From: Gemmatimonadota bacterium
GTDB lineage: Bacteria; Gemmatimonadota; Gemmatimonadetes; Palauibacterales; Palauibacteraceae
NCBI GenBank assembly: GCA_039588275.1
Contig: JBDHAC010000028.1
Location: 10,007 to 74,006 of the forward strand
Reading direction: 5' to 3'
Length of the DNA: 64,000 nt
Made by a program: the position numbers and the translations under genes. This document shows, piece by piece, positions 9,792 to 19,698 of this stretch; the stretch's first letter is position 1; each line of letters starts with the position of its first letter. Under the pieces are notes generated by a model, which did no database searches, was not told the origin of the DNA, and saw only the letters and a program-made list of their open reading frames with translations.

Positions 9792-11423
9792 TCACCGACC
9801 GATCGGCTGCCAGCGGTCCATGACGGGCGGCTGGATCGGCTGCGGACGTGCTTCCAGGTACCGGACGAGCGCCTCCAGGTCGACGATGCCGGTCATCGTC
9901 GCCGACGTCGCGCCCATGAGCGCCCGATATCCGCTCCCGCCCGTCGCCATGAAGTCGTTCGCGGTCACGGAGTAGCTACGGTCGGGTTGGATCTGATCAC
10001 CGCTCGCCAGGCGCGCTTCACGCACGCGACGCCCCCTGGAGGCGGCCGGATCGTACATCACGGTCATGCCGCTCAGGTGCGCATCGGGACCTTCATCGTC
10101 CAGCGCGTGCTCGAGGGTCTCGATCAACAGTTCGCCCGGCAGGTCCAGCACGACGAGGGTGTTCCCGAACGGCTGTAGCTCGAACAGATCGTTGTACGTC
10201 ACGGGCCCCGCCGGGAGGCTTCGGCGGATCCCGCCGTTGTTCATCACGGCGATCTGCGTACCGGTGGCATCGCGCTGCGCGTCGGCGATCACTCGTCCGA
10301 GCGCGAACTCTCCCTGCCGCGACGGCTTGTCGAGAGGGACCGCGAGCGTCGCGACGACGCGCTCCATCTGGGCCGCGGCGGTCTCCCGGTACTGCTCGAC
10401 GAGAGCGGTGATGTCCGCATCCGACTCGATTTTGTCCGCGTATGTCTGGCGGATCTCGATCAGCTCACCCTCGACGTTGCCCTCCGCATCCCGGCGCAGA
10501 CGGCCGATCCCGAACGCCGTGGAGTTCGCGAACGACTGAACGACGGGGGCGCCGTGAATCGTCGTCTCTACGCGGCTGTGCGTATGTCCGGTCACGGCAT
10601 AGTCGAAGCGCTCGCGAGTCGCGTTCAACTCATCCATGGCCTCGCCGTGACATACGCCGGCACTGTCGCAGAACGCGCCGGCGTGCATGACGACCACCAC
10701 GAAATCCGCTCCCTGCGCCCGCACCTCGGGGATGTACCGGTCCAGCGCATCGGCGATCGACCGGAACTCGAGCTCCGCGACATTGGCCGGCATCGTCGTC
10801 GTCGGTGTCGAGCGCGTCGTGAGCCCCACGACCCCGACCCGGACGCCGCCGCGCTCGAGGATTGCATAGGGCTGAGTCCAGTCGGGGTGTTCGTCCGTGC
10901 CGCGCTCGTAGATGTTCGCGCCGAGGAACGGGAACGCGGACTGCTCGATCCGGTCGCGGAGCACGTCGACTCCCCAATCGAACTCGTGGTTGCCGATCGC
11001 GAGGGCGTCGTACCCCAGCTCGTTCATGACCGCGATGGTGGACACGCCGTCGGTCAGATTGGAGATCAGCGTGCCCTGCATCGCATCGCCCGCGCTCACG
11101 AGGAAGGCGGGGCATTCGGACGACTCCGTCCTCGCGTCGTGCAGATATCCACCCAGGACGGCCGAGCCACCGACCAGGCGCTCACCGGAGAAGCCGTACG
11201 TCGCGGCCAGGAGACGGCCGTGTGTGTCGTTGGTCGACAGGATGGTCGCGCAGGCGGATTCCGGCGGCCCGGAAGCCGAGCCCGCACGGTTCGAGCCCGG
11301 ACACCCGATCGTGACGGCGAGGCCGAGCGCCGCGATCGACGGGAGGTAACGCCTCGCTCGAGCCGGGGGCCCCCACGGGAGCCGGACATCCCGCGCGGGC
11401 CGGAGAGGGAATCGTCGGGTCAC
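9792..11423 (-). CDS. Bifunctional metallophosphatase / 5'-nucleotidase, probable lipoprotein
   Basis: STNDTHG, AGDAMQG, IGNHEFDWG, TGHTH, NNGGIR, LQPFGN, NDFMATGGSGY motifs. Probable GTG start at 11423 overlapping the purF stop (GTGA). LAVTIGC lipobox-like segment. Confidence 0.9.
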   Translation of the reverse strand: MTRRFPLRPARDVRLPWGPPARARRYLPSIAALGLAVTIGCPGSNRAGSASGPPESACATILSTNDTHGRLLAATYGFSGERLVGGSAVLGGYLHDARTESSECPAFLVSAGDAMQGTLISNLTDGVSTIAVMNELGYDALAIGNHEFDWGVDVLRDRIEQSAFPFLGANIYERGTDEHPDWTQPYAILERGGVRVGVVGLTTRSTPTTTMPANVAELEFRSIADALDRYIPEVRAQGADFVVVVMHAGAFCDSAGVCHGEAMDELNATRERFDYAVTGHTHSRVETTIHGAPVVQSFANSTAFGIGRLRRDAEGNVEGELIEIRQTYADKIESDADITALVEQYRETAAAQMERVVATLAVPLDKPSRQGEFALGRVIADAQRDATGTQIAVMNNGGIRRSLPAGPVTYNDLFELQPFGNTLVVLDLPGELLIETLEHALDDEGPDAHLSGMTVMYDPAASRGRRVREARLASGDQIQPDRSYSVTANDFMATGGSGYRALMGATSATMTGIVDLEALVRYLEARPQPIQPPVMDRWQPIGR

Positions 11424-12871
11424 GCGCGCTGGAGCAGAGCCCCCCGCTCGAGATCCACGAGCGGGGCCACGTACTCCCCGGACCAGCATGCGTCGCAGAA
11501 CGGGCCGAACTGCTCGACGCACGCGTGCATGCCCTCCATCGAGAGATAACCGAGCGACTCCACGCCCAGGTGCGCGGCGATCTCCTCGACCGAGTGCGTC
11601 GATCCGATTAGCTCCTCCTTGGTCGGCATGTCGATGCCGTAATAGCAGGGGAACCGCACCGGAGGCGACGCCACTCGGAAGTGCACCTCGCTCGCACCCG
11701 TCTCTCGCAGGAGCGACACCAGCCCTCGGCTCGTCGTACCCCGCACGAGCGAATCATCCACGACCACGAGACGTCTGCCCTCGATCAGCTCGCGGACCGG
11801 GTTGTACTTGACGCGCACCCAGAAATCCCGCCCCGCCTGCGTCGGGTGAATGAAGGTGCGGCCGACATAGTGATTGCGGATCAGGGCCAACTCGTACGGG
11901 AGCCCGGACTCCTCGGCATAGCCGAGTGCCGCCGAGTTGGAGGAGTCGGGCACGGCGAACACGCAATCCGCCTCCACGGCATGCTCTCGCGCGAGCTGCC
12001 GTCCGAACAACCGGCGGGCGCTATCGACGCTGCACCCCCACATCTGCGAATCGGGACGGGCGAAATAGACGAGCTCGAATAGACACGAGCTGGCCGCGGC
12101 GGGTGGGAGGGGCCGGAGCTCCTCGATGTGGCCGTCCCGGATGCAGAGCACTTCGCCTGGGCGAACATCGCGGACGTACACCGCGCCGATGATATCGAGC
12201 GCACAGGTCTCCGATGCCACCACGACCGCCTCGCCCAGACGCCCGAGCACCAGGGGCCTGAAGCCCCTCGGATCCCTGGTCGCGTACAGACGGTCCCCGA
12301 GGCAGAGGACGAGCGAGAACGCGCCCGTGACCTGCGACAGCGCATCATCGACCTTCTGATCTTCCTCGCCCCTACGCGATCTCGCGATCAGGTGGATGAT
12401 CGCTTCGGAATCGCTGTCGGTCTGGAAGATCGCGCCCTCGCGCCCGAGCCGCTCTCGGAGCTCCCTCGCGTTGGTCAGGTTCCCGTTGTGCGCGAGCGCC
12501 AGCGGGCCGCGCCGATAGTCGACGAGCATCGGCTGTGCGTTCCGCAGCTGAGACCCTCCGGCGGTCGAGTAGCGGACGTGCCCGATCGCCACGGAGCCCT
12601 TCAACCCGCGGATGGTCGAGTCGTCGAAGACGTCGGCCACCAGTCCCATGCCACGGTGTGCGTGCGATCCGCCGTCCTCGTCGATGGACACGATTCCGGC
12701 CGACTCCTGACCGCGGTGCTGGAGGGCGTACAGGCCGAGGAACGTCAGCTCGGCCGCGGCCTTCGACCCGCTCACCGCGAAGATCCCGCACTCCTCGCGC
12801 GGCTTGTTGTCGGACCGCACTACGTTGCGGGCCGACACGGCGTCGTCGTTCTGGCTGATTGGCTTACTCAC
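11420..12871 (-). CDS. purF: Amidophosphoribosyltransferase
   Basis: Propeptide then EECGIF, LQHRGQESAG, GHVRYSTAG, HNGNLTN, PRT loop VVDDSLVRGTT, PCYYGID, CDAC Fe-S ligands. Confidence 0.97.
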   Translation of the reverse strand: MSKPISQNDDAVSARNVVRSDNKPREECGIFAVSGSKAAAELTFLGLYALQHRGQESAGIVSIDEDGGSHAHRGMGLVADVFDDSTIRGLKGSVAIGHVRYSTAGGSQLRNAQPMLVDYRRGPLALAHNGNLTNARELRERLGREGAIFQTDSDSEAIIHLIARSRRGEEDQKVDDALSQVTGAFSLVLCLGDRLYATRDPRGFRPLVLGRLGEAVVVASETCALDIIGAVYVRDVRPGEVLCIRDGHIEELRPLPPAAASSCLFELVYFARPDSQMWGCSVDSARRLFGRQLAREHAVEADCVFAVPDSSNSAALGYAEESGLPYELALIRNHYVGRTFIHPTQAGRDFWVRVKYNPVRELIEGRRLVVVDDSLVRGTTSRGLVSLLRETGASEVHFRVASPPVRFPCYYGIDMPTKEELIGSTHSVEEIAAHLGVESLGYLSMEGMHACVEQFGPFCDACWSGEYVAPLVDLERGALLQRA

Positions 12872-12907
12872 GACGTCGTCGGGACTCCGTCGGCAGATCT
12901 GACTGGT

Positions 12908-13846
12908 TCAGGTATAGAGCTCGCGACCGACGATGCGTCGGTACGCCTCGCGATATCGCTGTGAGGTGGCTTCCACCACCTCGGCGGGAAGCGGCGGGGC
13001 GGGCGGGTTACGGTCCCACTCCCCCTGCCGCACTCGATCGTCCAAATAGTCTCTCACCGGCTGCTTGTCCAGAGAAGGCTGTCCGCGGCCCGGGGCGTAC
13101 GTGTCGGCCGGCCAGAATCTGGAGGAGTCCGGTGTCATGGTCTCATCGATCAGAATGATGCTTCCATCCTCCGTCGTTCCGAACTCGAATTTGGTGTCGG
13201 CCAGGAGCATCCCGCGCTCTCTCAGATACTCGCGACCGAATCGGTACAGCGAGAGCGCCAGGTGGCGCAGTCGGTCGGCCGTGTCGCGACCCACGATCTC
13301 GCCCATCCGCTCGAACGTGATGTTCTCGTCGTGCCCTTCGGCGGCCTTCGTGGCCGGCGAGAAGATCGGGTCGGGGAGCTCGGATGATTCCTGCAACCCC
13401 TCCGGCAACGGCTCGCCAGCCAGTGTCCCGCTCTCTCGATACTCCTTCCACGCGGAGCCCGAGATGAAGCCCCGCACCACGCACTCGACCGGGAACGGCT
13501 TGGCTCGGCGCACGAGCATCCCCCGGTGGCTCCACTCCGGCCGCGTCGGACCCAGCTCGGGGGCCCTGGCGACGATCTCGTCGGGATCGGCCGCCAGAAG
13601 GTGGTTCTCGACGACCTCGCGCGTGCGCCCGAACCAGAAAGCGGACAGTTGGGTGAGCACGGCACCCTTGTCGGGAATCGGATCCGGAAGGATGCAGTCG
13701 AACGCGCTGATCCGGTCGGTGGCGACCAACAGCAGTCGCTCTCCGAGGTCGTACATGGACCGCACCTTCCCCTCGCGGAGGAGAGGGAAGGACAATTCGA
13801 TTCGATGACGTGCAGTCGGAACGGCCGTGGGTGTTTCCTGTGTCAT
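12908..13846 (-). CDS. purC: SAICAR synthetase
   Basis: GKVRSMY, TDRISAFD, PVECVVRGFISGS, ADTKFEFG, DETMTPDSSRFW, DKQPVRD. ATG at 13846 chosen as start. Confidence 0.96.
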   Translation of the reverse strand: MTQETPTAVPTARHRIELSFPLLREGKVRSMYDLGERLLLVATDRISAFDCILPDPIPDKGAVLTQLSAFWFGRTREVVENHLLAADPDEIVARAPELGPTRPEWSHRGMLVRRAKPFPVECVVRGFISGSAWKEYRESGTLAGEPLPEGLQESSELPDPIFSPATKAAEGHDENITFERMGEIVGRDTADRLRHLALSLYRFGREYLRERGMLLADTKFEFGTTEDGSIILIDETMTPDSSRFWPADTYAPGRGQPSLDKQPVRDYLDDRVRQGEWDRNPPAPPLPAEVVEATSQRYREAYRRIVGRELYT

Positions 13847-13922
13847 GATCCGTGTGTGGTTTCGGTTGGACAGGTGGCCGAAGGACTCCAACGCGTCGGC
13901 GATCTGCCAGAGGAACTTGGAT

Positions 13923-15353
13923 TCAAACCCGTAGCTCCAGCGCCGGCTCCCGCGCCCCGGCAGCCTCGAGTATCGGCTCGATACGGCGCTCGAGAAAGCG
14001 CTCGACTTGCTCGGCGCTCCGCCCCGTCAGTTTCGCTGGATCGGCGAGGGCCCGCACCTCGTCCTCGTTCAAGGGGAACGCTTCATCTCCGGAGATCCGA
14101 GACAGGAAATCGTTGTCGGTCGCGCCCTCGTCGAGGCGAGCGCGGGCCGCCAGCGCATGTCCCCGGACACGCTCGTGCAGCTCCTGCCGATCGCCCCCCG
14201 CGCGCACACCGGCGATAAGGATCTCCTCGGTGACCAGGAAAGGGAGGGCGTGCTCGAGCCGCTGTCGGATCATGGCGGGGTGCACGACCAGCCCGGACGC
14301 CACATCGCGCATGAGGATCAGGATCGCATCGGCCGTCAGGTGGGCCTCCGGCAGCGCGATCCGCCGGTTCGCGGAGTCATCCAACGTACGCTCGAACCAC
14401 TGCACGGCTGCGGTCCACGATCCGTCGAGCTCCAGCACGCACAGATGGCGGGCCAGGGCGCAGATCCGTTCAGATCGCATCGGGTTCCGCTTGTAGGGCA
14501 TGGCGGACGATCCGATCTGCCGCGTACCGAAAGGCTCTTCGATCTCCCCGAACGACTGGAGGAGGCGGATGTCGTGACCGAACCTGGATGCGCTCGCTCC
14601 GATGCCAGCGAGGATCCCGAGGACGCGGTGGTCCACTTTGCGCGGGTAGGTCTGCCCGACCACGTCGTAGTGGCCGCCGAACCCGAAGCGTTCCGCGAGA
14701 CGTTCGTTGAGGGCGTCCACCTTGGCGCCGTCCCCGCCGAACAGCTTGAGAAAGGTCGCCTCGGTGCCCGTCGTGCCGCGCGCCCCGCGGAGCCGGAGCT
14801 CGGCGAGGCCCGCCTCGATCTGCTCGAGGTCCATCACGAGATCCTGCAGCCACAGACAGGCGCGTTTGCCCACCGTAGTAGGCTGGGCCGGCTGCAGGTG
14901 GGTGTATCCGACGGTGGGGAGATCGCGGTATTCGCGCGCGAACTCGCCCAGCGCATCGATCGCGCCGAGGACCCGCTCGCGGACGATCCGCATCGCATCG
15001 CGGTGCTGGATCAGGCCGGCGTTGTCTCCCACGAACGCGCTCGTGGCCCCCAGGTGGATGTATCCCCTGGCCTCGGGAGCCGCCTCGCCGAAGTGGTGCA
15101 CGTGGGCCATGACATCGTGGCGCAGCTCGCGTTCGAGCTCGGCCACGCGCTCGAGGTCGATCCGCTCGCGCGCGGCCCGCATGGCGGCGATGGCAGCGTC
15201 TGGAATATCGACACCGAGATCGCGCTCCTCCTCCGCGAGCGCGATCCACAGGTCGCGCCAGATGAGCGTCTGGCCATGGGGCGAAAAGATCCCCGCTACT
15301 TCCGCCGAGGCGTAGCGGTCTATGAGGGGGTGGGGGTAACGGATCTGGGTCAG
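13923..15353 (-). CDS. purB: Adenylosuccinate lyase, apparently starting at CTG
   Basis: HDVMAH, IHLGATSAFV, THLQPAQ, GSSAMPYKRNP, QWFERTLDDS. The frame stays open 57 codons upstream of the track ATG and encodes the conserved N-terminus (YPHPLIDRYAS...WRDLWIALAE), beginning at CTG 15353 overlapping the htrA stop. Confidence 0.93.
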   Translation of the reverse strand: MTQIRYPHPLIDRYASAEVAGIFSPHGQTLIWRDLWIALAEEERDLGVDIPDAAIAAMRAARERIDLERVAELERELRHDVMAHVHHFGEAAPEARGYIHLGATSAFVGDNAGLIQHRDAMRIVRERVLGAIDALGEFAREYRDLPTVGYTHLQPAQPTTVGKRACLWLQDLVMDLEQIEAGLAELRLRGARGTTGTEATFLKLFGGDGAKVDALNERLAERFGFGGHYDVVGQTYPRKVDHRVLGILAGIGASASRFGHDIRLLQSFGEIEEPFGTRQIGSSAMPYKRNPMRSERICALARHLCVLELDGSWTAAVQWFERTLDDSANRRIALPEAHLTADAILILMRDVASGLVVHPAMIRQRLEHALPFLVTEEILIAGVRAGGDRQELHERVRGHALAARARLDEGATDNDFLSRISGDEAFPLNEDEVRALADPAKLTGRSAEQVERFLERRIEPILEAAGAREPALELRV

Positions 15354-16915
15354 CGCTGGCCTCCGATGTAGAACGGAATGACGCCGCGTCGGGCGCCACG
15401 GGCGACGTTCGCACGAACGCGGCTTCCTCCGCGTTGTTCTCCATAGTAACGGAAAAGATCGGCGGCGTCCTCGGCCGTCTGCACCTCGTTCGCGTTGATC
15501 CCGAAGATCACGTCGTTCTGGCGGAGCCCCGTGATGTTCGCCGTCCGCCCATCGATATCCACGATCCAGGCGCCGAACTCGAGGCTGAATCCTCGCTCCT
15601 GCGCGATCTGGGGCGTCACCGTCGCCAGCCTGAGACCCGCGAGTACCTCGACCGGCTGGGCCCGCTCCGAGGGAACCTCTTCGACCTGTAGACTGCTCGT
15701 CAGCAGGCGGCCGCCGCGCCGGTACTCGACCTGGACCACGCTGTTGACCCCGGCCTCCTCGAGGGCCACCTCCCAGTCCAGCTCGTGATTGACCCGCTTG
15801 CCGTTGGCCGATACGACCACGTCGCCGGGCCGGAGCCCGGCGGCTTCGCCAGGCGAGTCCTCGACCACGCGCTCGATGACGGCGACGCCGAACATGTCGC
15901 CGGTCGAGCGGCGGATTACATCAAACCCGACCCACGGCCGCCGTACCCGGCCGAACTCGACCAACTCCGCGGCGACGCGCCGCGCCCGGTCCATCGGGAT
16001 CGCGAAGCCGAGCCCCTCCGAGCCCCCCGATCGTGAAAAGATCGAAGAGTTGACACCGACGACCTCGCCATCGGCGTTGACGAGGGGACCGCCCGAATTG
16101 CCGGGGTTGATCGCCGCGTCGGTCTGGATCATGTCGGCGTACAGAACCTCGTCCCCGCTCCCGCGGATGTCGCGCCCCACGCCGCTGATCACACCGGTCG
16201 TGACCGTCGCCTCGGTGTTTTCGAGCTGGAAGCCCGAGGGGTTGCCGATCGCGATCGCCGGCTCGCCGACGAAAAGGTCCGATGAAGTCCCGAGCGGGGC
16301 GGGTGGGATCACGCCGCGCTCGACCTTGACCACCGCCAGATCCGTGAACTCGTCCGAGCCGATCAGCTCCGCGGAAAGCAGCCGACCCTCCTCGTCGATC
16401 ACGACGATGGAGTCGGCGTCCCTAATGACGTGCTGATTGGTGAGGATCGTCCCGTCCGCATCGATGGCGAACCCCGATCCCAGCCCCGGGACGGTGCGGG
16501 AACGGCCGCCGCGCTGGAAGAACTCATCGAACAGCGTACGCGGGGCCGTGACTGTCCGCGTGGTGCGGATGCTGACCACCGACGGCGCCACCCGCCTCGC
16601 CGCCGCTGCGATCGGCGTCAGCCTCGCGCTGCTGACCGAGCCCTGGCTCTGGTCGGTCGCGGGAGTCGAGGGTCGTGTCGGGGCGCTTACCGGGGACGTG
16701 GGTGGTGAGCCCCCCGTCAGGTTGAGGGTGGGCTCGGTTGCGGACGAGGCGGGGGTGGCTTCCGCGCTTCCGCGCCGGAGCGCGACGAGCGCGCCCACGC
16801 TCAGCCCCCCGACGAAGAGGACCACGAGCGTGATCGAGAGACCGAGTGTGCTGCGGGCCTGTGCGCTGGGTCCGTCCAACTGTGCTCCGTTCGAATCAAC
16901 CCGGTCCGGTGCCAC
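15350..16915 (-). CDS. HtrA/DegP-family serine protease with TM anchor and two PDZ domains
   Basis: GLGSGF, TNQHV, DLAVVK, QTDAAINPGNSGGPL catalytic triad motifs; PDZ segments. Start uncertain. Confidence 0.93.
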   Translation of the reverse strand: MAPDRVDSNGAQLDGPSAQARSTLGLSITLVVLFVGGLSVGALVALRRGSAEATPASSATEPTLNLTGGSPPTSPVSAPTRPSTPATDQSQGSVSSARLTPIAAAARRVAPSVVSIRTTRTVTAPRTLFDEFFQRGGRSRTVPGLGSGFAIDADGTILTNQHVIRDADSIVVIDEEGRLLSAELIGSDEFTDLAVVKVERGVIPPAPLGTSSDLFVGEPAIAIGNPSGFQLENTEATVTTGVISGVGRDIRGSGDEVLYADMIQTDAAINPGNSGGPLVNADGEVVGVNSSIFSRSGGSEGLGFAIPMDRARRVAAELVEFGRVRRPWVGFDVIRRSTGDMFGVAVIERVVEDSPGEAAGLRPGDVVVSANGKRVNHELDWEVALEEAGVNSVVQVEYRRGGRLLTSSLQVEEVPSERAQPVEVLAGLRLATVTPQIAQERGFSLEFGAWIVDIDGRTANITGLRQNDVIFGINANEVQTAEDAADLFRYYGEQRGGSRVRANVARGARRGVIPFYIGGQR

Positions 16916-16936
16916 GCCTCCACCCGGTCCGGTGGG

Positions 16937-17746
16937 TCACGGCCCTCCGAGCACGGGTAGTCCCGGTATGCCCGAAGGCCGATTCCATTCGTCCGCGTAT
17001 CTCACCCCGGTCAGATACAGTCCCCAGGGTGGCGCCGGTGACGGGGGCCGCGCGTCTCGCTCGGCGAGCAGCGATTCGAACTCAACGGCCTCTCGTCGTC
17101 CGGTTGCGACCTCCACCAGCGTGCCGACGAGATATCGTACCATATGATGGAGGAAGCGATCCCCTACGATTCTGAACACGTGGTCAGCGGCAGCGTTGAG
17201 CTCCCACAGGGCTTCCTCCACGCGGCACCGAGTCCCGCGCTCCGGCTGTCCGGCCTTGGCGAAGGATCCGAACGACCGCTCGCCCGGCACGAGAGCCGCG
17301 AGCCGCGAGAGTTGGTCCCCGTCGATCGGCCGGTCGACGACCCACACGCGCCGACTTCGAAGCGGCGATGCCGCCTCGGGGGCACTCGCGACCAGGTACT
17401 CGTAACGGCGCCCCGAGGCGTCGAAGCGGGGGTGAAACCCGTCCGGGGCTCCCCGCACGCGCTCGATCCACACATCATTGGGCGTCAGGGCGTTCAGCCC
17501 GCGGTCCAGATCGTCGGTTGTCCAACGGGTCGGCGCGTCGAAGGCGATCTCCTGGCCCGTCGCGTGGACTCCCGTATCCGTACGGCCTGCGGCGTCGACC
17601 CTCGTCGGCGCGTCGAGGAGCCGGCCGAGGGCGGCCTCCACGACACTCTGGACCGTACGCTGGTCCGGCTGGAGCTGCCAGCCATGGAACGACGATCCAT
17701 CGTAGTGTACGGTGGCGCGGTATCGCGCCCGCGGCTGCTCGCGCAC
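16937..17746 (-). CDS. truA: tRNA pseudouridine(38-40) synthase
   Basis: YDGSSFHGWQ, AGRTDTGVHATGQ, FHPRF, FLHHMVRYLVG, APPWGLYL. Confidence 0.96.
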   Translation of the reverse strand: MREQPRARYRATVHYDGSSFHGWQLQPDQRTVQSVVEAALGRLLDAPTRVDAAGRTDTGVHATGQEIAFDAPTRWTTDDLDRGLNALTPNDVWIERVRGAPDGFHPRFDASGRRYEYLVASAPEAASPLRSRRVWVVDRPIDGDQLSRLAALVPGERSFGSFAKAGQPERGTRCRVEEALWELNAAADHVFRIVGDRFLHHMVRYLVGTLVEVATGRREAVEFESLLAERDARPPSPAPPWGLYLTGVRYADEWNRPSGIPGLPVLGGP

Positions 17747-17830
17747 GGCGGCAAGCTACGGGCCGCGATCGACACGATCAAACGAGGCCGGAGCGCCTCG
17801 CGGCGCTGACCGCAGCGAGGGAGAAGAACG

Positions 17831-18859
17831 TTGAGCGACTCGATCCGGCGTGTGTTCGAAGCGACGCCGATGTCGGTGGAGGAGGCCGAGGCGGCGTTCG
17901 ATCGGTTCATGGATGGCTCGGCGACTCCGATCGAGATGGCGGCGCTGCTCACCGCGCTCAAGCTGCGTGGCGAGACGGCCCCCGAGATCGCCGGGGGCGT
18001 TCGCGCCCTGCGCAAAGCGATGGTGCCGGTGGAGCTCGGGACGCGGCGCGCGGTGGACACGTGCGGGACGGGCGGCGGCACGCTGACCACATTCAACATT
18101 TCGACCGCGGCGGCGTTCGTAGCGGCGGGGGGAGGTGTGCGGGTGGCGAAGCACGGCAACCGCTCTTTTACGTCGAGCTGTGGAAGCGCGGACCTCCTGG
18201 AGCAGCTCGGGATCCCCATCAAGCTCGACCCGGATGCCGCTCCTCGTGTCTTCGAGGATGCCGGCATCGTCTTCCTGTATGCCCCGGCTTTCCACCCCGC
18301 CATGCGTCACGTGGGCCCGGTCCGTCGCGAGCTGGGCGTGACGACGATCATGAATCTCCTCGGGCCGCTGGCGAACCCGGCGCGGGTGCGACGGCAGGTG
18401 ATCGGTGTGGCGAGACCGGAGTTGCTCGGTCTGGTGGGAGAGGCCCTGCACGAGCTGGGACACGAACGCGCGCTCGTCGCGCACGGAGAGCCGGGCATCG
18501 ATGAGCTGAGCCCCCTGGGTGTCACGCGCATCGTCCAGCTGGACGAGCGCGAGGTGCGGCACTACGAGCTCTCACCGTCCGAGTTCGGCTGGGCGGGCTA
18601 CCGCGCCGACGAGTTGAGCGGTGCCGACCCCCACGCGAATGTCGAGCGGGTTAGCCGCGTTCTCCGCGGGGAAGACCGGGGTGGAGCGCGAGCCGCCGTC
18701 CTCCTCAATGCGGCAGCGACGTTCTGGGTCGCGGGCGAGGTCGAGACGGTCGTGGAAGGGATTCAGCGGGCGGAGACGTCGATCGATGAAGGTGGCGCGT
18801 GGGATGCCCTGGAGCGTCTGCGCGCCGCGACCGTCGCTCATGGTGGATCGGGCGACTGA
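17831..18859 (+). CDS. trpD: Anthranilate phosphoribosyltransferase
   Basis: DTCGTGGG, FNIST, KHGNRSFTSSCGSADLLE, FHPAM, NLLGPLANP, GIDELS. TTG start with GAGGGAG upstream. Confidence 0.96.
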   Translation: MSDSIRRVFEATPMSVEEAEAAFDRFMDGSATPIEMAALLTALKLRGETAPEIAGGVRALRKAMVPVELGTRRAVDTCGTGGGTLTTFNISTAAAFVAAGGGVRVAKHGNRSFTSSCGSADLLEQLGIPIKLDPDAAPRVFEDAGIVFLYAPAFHPAMRHVGPVRRELGVTTIMNLLGPLANPARVRRQVIGVARPELLGLVGEALHELGHERALVAHGEPGIDELSPLGVTRIVQLDEREVRHYELSPSEFGWAGYRADELSGADPHANVERVSRVLRGEDRGGARAAVLLNAAATFWVAGEVETVVEGIQRAETSIDEGGAWDALERLRAATVAHGGSGD

Positions 18860-19019
18860 GCGGAGGAGACGGGAACCTCCGCCCCGACGGTTGTGGGAAA
18901 AAGGTGGGAGGTGGGTACCGTCAGGGCGGGCTCCGCTTGTGAACCTACGAGGCTCCCCGTCACCTCATCCTGATCAACCGCTCTGGCGAGCCGATTGTTT
19001 CAGGAAGACCGCTCGCTCC

Positions 19020-19628
19020 TCAGTAGCGTCGAATCACTCCGATCACGACGCCTTGAATGGTTATCCGGTCCGGATCGTAGTACATCGGTTCCAGATCCGG
19101 GTTTGCCGGCTGCAGCCGCACCCGGCCGTTGTCGCGGAAGAACTTCTTCATCGTCGCATTTTCACCGTCGATGAGCGCGATCACCATCTCGCCGCTGTGC
19201 GCCGTGTCGCGGGATTGGACGATCACGTAGTCGCCGTCTCGGATCTGCTCGTCGATCATCGAACTCCCGCGGACCCTGAGCACGTAGTGCTGGGCAACGG
19301 ATCCCGCGATCATGTCCTCGGGCACCGAGATCGACTCCTGCTCCTCGATCGCCTCGATGGGTAGACCTGCGGCGACGCTGCCCAGTAACCGCAACTCCAC
19401 CGCGGCGATGCGAATGTCCGAATCGACCAACTCGATGGAACGGCTCTCGTTGTAGTTCTTCCGGATGTACCCCTTCGACTGCAGGTTACTCAGGTGCTCG
19501 TGCACGGTAGCGAGAGATCGGTATTCGAAGTTCTCCGCGATCTCCTCGAAGCTCGGGGAATAACCGCGGAATCGGACGAATCCCTCGATGAAGTCGAGGA
19601 TCTCGCGCTGGCGCTTTGTGAGAGCCAT
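19020..19628 (-). CDS. lexA: SOS repressor LexA
   Basis: LTKRQREIL...PSFEEIA winged HTH, VAAGLP Ala-Gly cleavage site, VRGSSM Ser, ATMKKF Lys. Confidence 0.96.
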   Translation of the reverse strand: MALTKRQREILDFIEGFVRFRGYSPSFEEIAENFEYRSLATVHEHLSNLQSKGYIRKNYNESRSIELVDSDIRIAAVELRLLGSVAAGLPIEAIEEQESISVPEDMIAGSVAQHYVLRVRGSSMIDEQIRDGDYVIVQSRDTAHSGEMVIALIDGENATMKKFFRDNGRVRLQPANPDLEPMYYDPDRITIQGVVIGVIRRY

Positions 19629-19698
19629 CTCGTGCCCCCCGGAGGTCGAGCCCGCCTCGACGAGAGGCGGGAAGGGTCCATGAGGAACAGCTCATTGA

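Noticed and set aside
18863..18966. 6S RNA or SRP RNA assignment
   Set aside because: It is too short with a one-sided bulge for 6S, and has no SRP GNRA tetraloop domain. Kept only as an unassigned structure.
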